The position numbers were made by a program, and so were the translations under genes. From the NCBI GenBank assembly GCA_963711715.1, contig CAVQFJ010000018.1, positions 92,137 to 156,136 on the forward strand: a stretch of DNA of 64,000 bases, in the 5' to 3' direction. The notes below the pieces were generated by a model. The model was not told the origin of the DNA and did no database searches. It worked only from the letters and a program-made list of their open reading frames with translations. Position 1 is the first letter of the stretch. Every line of letters starts with the position of its first letter. Shown one piece after another: positions 58,392-64,000 of this stretch. Origin of the DNA: an uncultured Actinomycetota bacterium (GTDB lineage Bacteria; Actinomycetota; Actinomycetes; Mycobacteriales; Pseudonocardiaceae).

Positions 58392-60923
58392 TGCGTTCCG
58401 CCGAGCCGGAGGAGCCCCGACGCCCACCCGACCTGAGACTGGGCCTCGCGGCCCTGTCGGCGTGGGCGGTCGTCCTGATCGGGGTCGAGCTCGGCCCGGT
58501 CGCCGGGCTCTGCGCCACCCTGCTGACCGGAGCCACGGCGATCGCCGCCGGGCGCAGAGGGTGGGCGCCGGCCGTCCTCGCCGCGACCGGATGCGCCGCC
58601 GCCGCCGGCCTGACGGTCACAGCCCACACCGCGCTCGTCGTCCACCACCCACTGCGCGCCTCCGCCGAACGCGCTGCGGCGGCCACGGTCCAGGTGGTGG
58701 TGCGTGATGATCCCCGACCGGTCCGCGGCCACCGGCCCGGCTCCCGGCCGGGCAGCGAGGCACAGTTCCTGGTACCGGCGGTGCTCACGCGGGTCGAGGT
58801 CGGCGACGACCGGTGGACGACGGGGGGCCGGGTGCTCCTGATCGTGCCCGCGGAGGGGTGGAGCGCACTGCTTCCCGGGCAGGCCGTCACGGCCGACGGT
58901 CTGTTGGCCCCGGCCGGCCGCCGCGACCTCACGGTGGCGGTGCTCCGCGTGCGGGGTCCGCCACGCGAGGTGACACCGCCGTCGTGGTGGCAGAGCGCGG
59001 CGGGCGGGCTCCGCACCGGGCTTCGGGAGGCCTCCGGTGTTCTCCCGCCCGCGCCGGCGGGGCTGCTGCCCGGGCTCGCGATCGGGGACACCGCCGGGCT
59101 CACCACGGAGGTCGAGGACGACTTCCGGACCGCGGGTCTCACCCACCTGCTCGCGGTCTCCGGCGCCAACCTCGCCATCGTGGCCGGAGCGGTGCTCGCG
59201 CTGATGCGGCTGCTGCGGACCGATCCGCGGCTCGCCGCCGTGCTGAGCGGGGCCACGATCGTGGGGTTCGTGGTGCTGGCGAGACCGTCGCCGAGCGTCG
59301 TGCGGGCCGCCGCGATGGGGGCTGTCGTGCTGCTCGCGTTGGCGCTGGGCCGCGACCGCTCCGCGCTCCCGGCGCTGGCGGTGGCCGTGCTGGTGCTGCT
59401 GCTCGTCGATCCGGCACTGGCGGTCGACCCCGGGTTCGCCTTGTCCGTTTCGGCCACCGCGGCCTTGGTGCTGCTGGCGCCCGGTTGGGCCGACGCGATG
59501 CGCCGCCGAGGGATGCCGGGCTGGGCCGCGGAGGCGCTCGCGGTCCCGGCCGCCGCCTTCCTCGTCACTGCGCCGCTGGTGGCCGGGTTGAGCGGAGCGG
59601 TCAGCCCGATCGCCGTGCTCGCCAACCTGCTCGCCGTGCCCGCGGTGGCCCCGGCCACCGTGCTCGGAGTGCTCGCCGCCGTGCTCTCGCCGCTGGGGAC
59701 GACCGTGGCCGCGGCGTGCGCCTGGGCGGCCGGGCCGGCGGTGTGGTGGCTCGTGGAGGTGGCGGACCGGGCAGCGGCGGTACCGGGGGCGGCGCTGCCG
59801 TGGCCGGCCGGGGTCCTCGGTGCGGTGTTGCTCGCGGTGCTCGTGCTCGGCCTGCTCGGGCTCGGTCGTTCGCCGCGGTGGCGGGCTGTGCTGTTCGCGG
59901 TGGTGCTCGGGACTCGGGCTCGTGGTGGTGCCCACCCGGCTCGTGACGCCGGGCTGGCCCCCCACCGGATGGGCCGTGGTGGCCTGCGACGTCGGGCAGG
60001 GTGATGCCGTCGTCCTGGCGACGGGTCGGCCCGGGTGGGCGGTCCTGGTCGACACCGGACCGGAGGACGGGCTGGTCGACGCGTGCCTCGACCGTCTCGG
60101 GGTGCAGGCGCTGGCGCTGGTCGTGCTCAGCCACCTCCACGCCGACCACGTGGGTGGCTTGGACGGCGCGCTGCGCGACCGCCCTGTGGCGGCAGTCGCC
60201 GTCGGACCGGTCCGCGAGCCGCACTGGGCGCTGCGCGAGGTGGCGCGCAGCGCGGCCACCGCCGGCGCACCGCTGCTGGCGCTGGCGGCCGGGCGCCGCC
60301 TGCAGTGGCCCGGGCTCACACTCGACGTGCTCGGCCCACAGCACCCGGATCCGTGGACCGACCCCGATGACGGCAGCGCGGTCAACGACGGCTCGCTGGT
60401 GCTGCGTGCGTCCACGGGCATCGGTACGGCGCTGCTGACCGGCGACGTCGAGCTGGCCGCCCAGGCCGACCTGCTGGCGTCCGGAGTCGACCTCCGCGCC
60501 GACGTGCTGAAGATGCCGCACCACGGCTCCCGCTACACGTCGGTGGCATTCCTCAACGCCGTCGCGCCGCGCGCCGTGCTGGTCAGCGTGGGGGCCGGGA
60601 ACCGCTACCGGCATCCCGACCCGGGCCTGCTGGGCGGGCTGGAGCGGGCCGGGATCGCCGTTCGCCGGACCGACACGGGCGGGGACGTCGCGGTCGTGGG
60701 CCGGTCGGGCGGCGCCGACGGCACGCCGACGGCGGGCGGGCCCGCTCCGGGCGGCTCCCCGGCGGACGCCGAACTCGTCACCCGGGGCGATCCGCTTCCC
60801 GCCCGTCGCCGGCGGGCGGCGCTCAGACCCCGCGGCCCTCCAGCGCCTCGCGGACGGCCCGACTGGTGGCGGGCACGGTCGCCGTGGGACCGATCTGGCC
60901 GGCGACGGCATCCAGCGTCTTGA
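58391..60923 (+). pseudogene. comEC: ComEC/Rec2 competence channel, interrupted by a +1 frameshift near 59912 (or a sequencing error)
   Basis: The N-terminal competence domain is in frame 2 (ORF 58286..60004). The metallo-beta-lactamase domain (ACDVGQGDAVVL..SHLHADHVGG..KMPHHGS) is in frame 0 (ORF 59820..60923). Removing the lone A at 59912 (CTCGGG-A-CTCGGGCTC) gives one continuous ..AVVLGLGLVVVPTRLVTPGWPP.. reading frame. Confidence 0.65.
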
Positions 60924-62109
60924 GCCCGTCGCCGGTGATCAGCAGCACGGTCTCGGCGTCGGGGTCGAGCTGTCCGCTCGCGAGGAGCTTCTCCGCGGTG
61001 GCCACCGTGACCCCGCCTGCGGTCTCGGCGAACACGCCCTCGGTGCGGGCGAGCAACCGGATCCCGTCCACGATCTCGGGGTCGCTGACGTGCGCGATCG
61101 CGCCACCCGTGCGACGTACGGCGTCGAGGACGTACGGGCCGTCGGCGGGGTTGCCGATCGCCAGCGAGCGGGCGATGGTGTCCGGGCGCACGGGCTGCAC
61201 CACGTCGTGGCCGTCCTCGAAGGCCCGGGCCACCGGCGAGCAGCCGGTCGCCTGCGCCCCGAACACGCGATAGGGAGTGGGCTCCACCAGACCGAGCGCA
61301 CCCAGCTCGAGGAAGCCCTTGTCGACCTTGGTCAGCTGCGAGCCCGAGGCCACCGGCACCACGACCTGCTCGGGGAGCCGCCAGCCGAGCTGCTCGGCCA
61401 CCTCGTAGCCCAGGGTCTTGGAGCCCTCCGCGTAGTACGGCCGGACGTTGACGTTCACGAACGCCCAGTCCTCGTGGTCCGCGGCGAGTTCCGTGGCCAA
61501 CCGGTTGACGTCGTCGTAGTTGCCGTCCACCGCGAGCAGCGTTCCGTCGTACACCGCGGTGGTGAGCACCTTCGCCTGCTCGAGCGACGACGGGATGAGC
61601 ACCACCGACTCCCAGCCCGCGCGGGCCGCGGCGGCGGCCACGGCGTTGGCGAGGTTGCCCGTGGACGGGCACGCGAGGACCGAGAACCCGAGCTCGCGGG
61701 CGGCCGCGAGCGCTACGGCCACGACGCGGTCCTTGAACGAGTGCGTCGGGTTGCCCGTGTCGTCCTTGATCCACAGGTTGCGCAGTCCCAGCGCCGCACC
61801 GAGGCGATCGGCCTTGATCAGGCGCGTGAGTCCGGGCTCGGTGTTGGGGTGCACCTGCACGTCGGAGGGCACCGGGAGGAGGTGGCGGTAGCGCCAGATG
61901 GAGTTCGGGCCGGCCTCGATCGAGGCGCGGGTGACCGAGCCGAAGTCGTAGGCCACCTCGAGCGGCCCGAAGCACTGCGGGCAGGCGAACTCGGCGGCGA
62001 GCGGGATGTGGTGGCCGCACTCACGGCACGACAGCGCTCGGGCCGGGCCGAGATCGAGGGTGGGGGACGCGGAACCGTCCCCGGACAGGGACGTCACCGT
62101 CAAGGTCAT
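60823..62109 (-). CDS. thrC: threonine synthase family PLP enzyme with an N-terminal zinc ribbon
   Basis: CRECGHHIPLAAEFACPQCFG (CxxC..CxxC), PLP lysine in NPTHSFKDRVV, 428 aa. ATG 62109 is preceded by GAGGAG. The longer ORF to 62505 is leader sequence. Confidence 0.88.
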   Translation of the reverse strand: MTLTVTSLSGDGSASPTLDLGPARALSCRECGHHIPLAAEFACPQCFGPLEVAYDFGSVTRASIEAGPNSIWRYRHLLPVPSDVQVHPNTEPGLTRLIKADRLGAALGLRNLWIKDDTGNPTHSFKDRVVAVALAAARELGFSVLACPSTGNLANAVAAAAARAGWESVVLIPSSLEQAKVLTTAVYDGTLLAVDGNYDDVNRLATELAADHEDWAFVNVNVRPYYAEGSKTLGYEVAEQLGWRLPEQVVVPVASGSQLTKVDKGFLELGALGLVEPTPYRVFGAQATGCSPVARAFEDGHDVVQPVRPDTIARSLAIGNPADGPYVLDAVRRTGGAIAHVSDPEIVDGIRLLARTEGVFAETAGGVTVATAEKLLASGQLDPDAETVLLITGDGLKTLDAVAGQIGPTATVPATSRAVREALEGRGV

Positions 62110-62115
62110 CGAAGT

Positions 62116-62232
62116 CTCCTCATCTTCCCCGCGTTGTGCGGGTCGGAATTGGCACCGTGGTCGGGCGCGTGACGCGCGCTCCGCCGGTTGCCGGGGCTTC
62201 AACGGGCCGTTCCCTCTGCCCCTCTGGATGAG
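62116..62232 (-). promoter_or_regulatory. SAM-I (S-box) riboswitch
   Basis: The minus-strand RNA reads CUCAUCCAGAGGGGCAGAGGGAACGGCCCGUUGAAGCCCCGGCAACC..CCACGGUGCCAAUUCCGACCCGCACAACGCGGGGAAGAUGAGGAG. It matches the conserved SAM-I core (..AUC.AGAG.GGC.GAGGGA..GGCCC..UGAA.CC.GGCAACC..GGUGC.AAUUCC..AGAU.AG). The 3' strand of P1 overlaps the SD. Confidence 0.9.
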
Positions 62233-62368
62233 CCATGTGCAGTTGTGGCCGCGGCACCGGGTGCGGCAGCAATGGTCACGGTACGGGACGCGGGGACGAA
62301 CGCCCACGCCGTCCCGTGATCTGGGAGCCGGCTCACGTCCTGTCGGTGCGGTGCGCGAGCATGGATCC

Positions 62369-63325
62369 ATGGGTCCCGCGCCGGTCCGTCTCCTCCTCGG
62401 CGAGGAGGAGCTGCTGGTGGAGCGCGCGGTCGACGAGATCGTGGCCGAGGTCCGCACCACAGACCCCACCGCCGAGGTGCGCCGCATCCGGGCCGGCGAG
62501 CTCACCCCGGTCGACCTGGCCGAGAGCCTCAGCCCGTCGCTGTTCGCCGACGGGCGCGTGATCGTGCTGCAGGCCGCTCACGAGGTGGGCAAGGACCTCG
62601 CCGCGGCCGTCGTCGAGCAGGCGGCGGACCCGGCGGAGGGCGTCGTGCTCGTCGTCGTCCATGCGGGGGGTGCTCGCAACAAGGCCCTGGCCGACGCGCT
62701 GCGCCGCGGCGGAGCAGTCGTCACCACCTGCGACAAGATCACCCGGTACGAGGAGCGGGCCGACTTCGTCCGGGCCGAGGTACGCAGGGCAGGGGGTCGC
62801 ATCGCCCCGGCCGCCGTCGGGGTGCTCATCGAAGCCGTCGGCTCGGAGCTGCGGGAACTGGCGGCCGCCACCAACCAGCTGGTCGCCGACACCGGGGGCA
62901 CGGTCGACGAGCAGGCGGTCCGGCGCTACCACCGCGGCCGGGCGGAGGCATCAGGGTTCGCCGTGGCCGACAAGGTGGTCGCCGGTGACCGGGTGGGCGC
63001 GCTGGAGGCGCTGCGCTGGGCACAACTGCTCGGGGTGCCGTCGGTGCTGGTGGCCGACGCGCTCGCCGACGCGGTGCGCACGCTGGCGAAGGTCGGTTCC
63101 GCGGGCCGCGGCGATCCGCACCGCCTGGCCGGCGCTCTCGGCATGCCGCCCTGGAAGGTCCGCAAGGCGCAGCAGCAAGTGAGGTCCTGGCGCCCGGAGG
63201 GCCTGGCCGACGCGTTCGCCGCGGCGGCCGAGGTGAACGCCGACGTCAAGGGCGCGGCCGCCGACCCGGGCTACGCCCTGGAATGCGCGGTGCTGCGCAT
63301 GTGCGCGGCCCGCGAGCCGCGGTGA
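62369..63325 (+). CDS. holA: DNA polymerase III subunit delta
   Basis: MGPAPVRLLLGEEELLVERAVDEIV..SLFADGRVIVLQ. Conserved position before rpsT. Confidence 0.88.
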   Translation: MGPAPVRLLLGEEELLVERAVDEIVAEVRTTDPTAEVRRIRAGELTPVDLAESLSPSLFADGRVIVLQAAHEVGKDLAAAVVEQAADPAEGVVLVVVHAGGARNKALADALRRGGAVVTTCDKITRYEERADFVRAEVRRAGGRIAPAAVGVLIEAVGSELRELAAATNQLVADTGGTVDEQAVRRYHRGRAEASGFAVADKVVAGDRVGALEALRWAQLLGVPSVLVADALADAVRTLAKVGSAGRGDPHRLAGALGMPPWKVRKAQQQVRSWRPEGLADAFAAAAEVNADVKGAAADPGYALECAVLRMCAAREPR

Positions 63326-63346
63326 ACGGGCACTCGAGCGGGCCGC

Positions 63347-63613
63347 TCAGGCCGAGAGGGAGGAGACGCGCCGAGCCATCGCCGACTTGCGGTTGGCGGC
63401 CTGGTTCTTGTGGATGACGCCCTTGCTGGCCGCCTTGTCGAGGGCCTTCGACGCGGCGCGCTGCAGCTCCACGGTCTTCTCGGTGTCGCCGGAAGCGGCG
63501 GCCTCGCGGAACCGGCGCACCGCGGTGCGCACCGCCGAGCGCACCGACTTGTTGCGTTGCCGGCGCTTCTCGTTGGTCTTGACCCGCTTGATCTGGGACT
63601 TGATGTTGGCCAC
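63347..63613 (-). CDS. rpsT: 30S ribosomal protein S20
   Basis: [38 protein letters not shown] start at 63613. Confidence 0.95.
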   Translation of the reverse strand: MANIKSQIKRVKTNEKRRQRNKSVRSAVRTAVRRFREAAASGDTEKTVELQRAASKALDKAASKGVIHKNQAANRKSAMARRVSSLSA

Positions 63614-63714
63614 GCGAATGCCTCGAGTTCTTCCTGCCGCTGGACTGCACGCTCGTTCTGGTCTGCACCGGCAACGGGGATCGTGCGTGCGCGCCGGGCG
63701 CTCAGCTGTCCATG

Positions 63715-64000
63715 CTACAGCGCGGCGTCGGCTCGACGTGCGCGGCCCAGCGGCAGCAGGGCGAGGAACGCGGCGACCGCGCACGTCCCGGCCACGCCGA
63801 TCGCCCAGCGGTACCCGCCGGTGATGTCGATCAGCAGGCCGCCGAGCGGGGGGCCGAAGAGCGCACCGATCGCGCCCGAGGTGTAGATGAGGCCGACGAG
63901 ACCCCCGAGCCCGCGCACCCCGAACAGCTCGGCGATCACCGTCGGCTGGAGGGCGATCCAGCCGCCGTAGCCGACGCCGAGCACCACCGCGAAGGCGAGC
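63715..64000 (-). CDS. MFS transporter, C-terminal fragment (gene continues beyond the right edge)
   Basis: ..[47 protein letters not shown].. is typical of the last two TM helices of an MFS protein. Stop at 63715. Confidence 0.5.
   Translation of the reverse strand, partial: LAFAVVLGVGYGGWIALQPTVIAELFGVRGLGGLVGLIYTSGAIGALFGPPLGGLLIDITGGYRWAIGVAGTCAVAAFLALLPLGRARRADAAL

Noticed and set aside
60400-60823. A small ThiS/MoaD/MetO-like sulfur-carrier ORF downstream of the riboswitch-controlled ThrC-like gene
   Set aside because: The downstream DNA is the 3' end of convergent comEC. Minus-strand ORFs there are Arg-rich shadow frames and none ends in Gly-Gly. A partner, if it exists, is elsewhere.
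1-64000. Search for tRNA, rRNA, tmRNA, transposase, integrase and prophage signatures
   Set aside because: No intergenic region showed a cloverleaf-like sequence or rRNA-like conservation, and no ORF had DDE, tyrosine-recombinase or serine-recombinase motifs. The only mobile-like gene is the DUF222-HNH ORF.

Overview
This is a high-GC actinobacterial chromosome segment. By eye, third codon positions are almost always G or C. I call about 60 protein genes and find no rRNA, tRNA, CRISPR array, transposase or prophage. Most of the window is conserved core with mycobacterial/Pseudonocardiaceae-like order: gltB-gltD (minus strand); tig-clpP1-clpP2-clpX; valS-folC-DUF4233-DM13-ndk; an ABC-2 exporter; a radical-SAM pair followed by rne-rplU-rpmA-obg-proB; then nadD, rsfS, a histidine phosphatase, degV, comEA, comEC, holA and rpsT. 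A less conserved-looking block lies between proB and nadD (about 40.0-53.7 kb). It carries a PIMT-like methyltransferase, an F420-type reductase, a TetR-controlled divergon (fused hydrolase-glycosyltransferase versus OsmC plus a flavin monooxygenase), an RqlH-type RecQ helicase, a MoxR/VWA pair, an M28 peptidase and AlkB. I did not find a convincing new multi-gene system such as a defence island. The most unusual signals are: (1) three 77-bp tandem repeats between valS and folC, each encoding a 26-codon mini-ORF linked by GTGA stop/start overlaps (MIRU-like); (2) a clear SAM-I riboswitch in front of a zinc-ribbon ThrC-family gene inserted between comEC and holA; (3) a single-base frameshift splitting comEC; (4) several other short tandem repeats sitting on gene junctions; (5) a ZAS anti-sigma/Asp23 fusion; (6) a TetR divergon with two copies of a 16-bp palindrome. 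Many long ORFs in the track are antisense or out-of-frame artefacts of the GC content and were discarded. All start codons are inferred by eye and carry the usual uncertainty.
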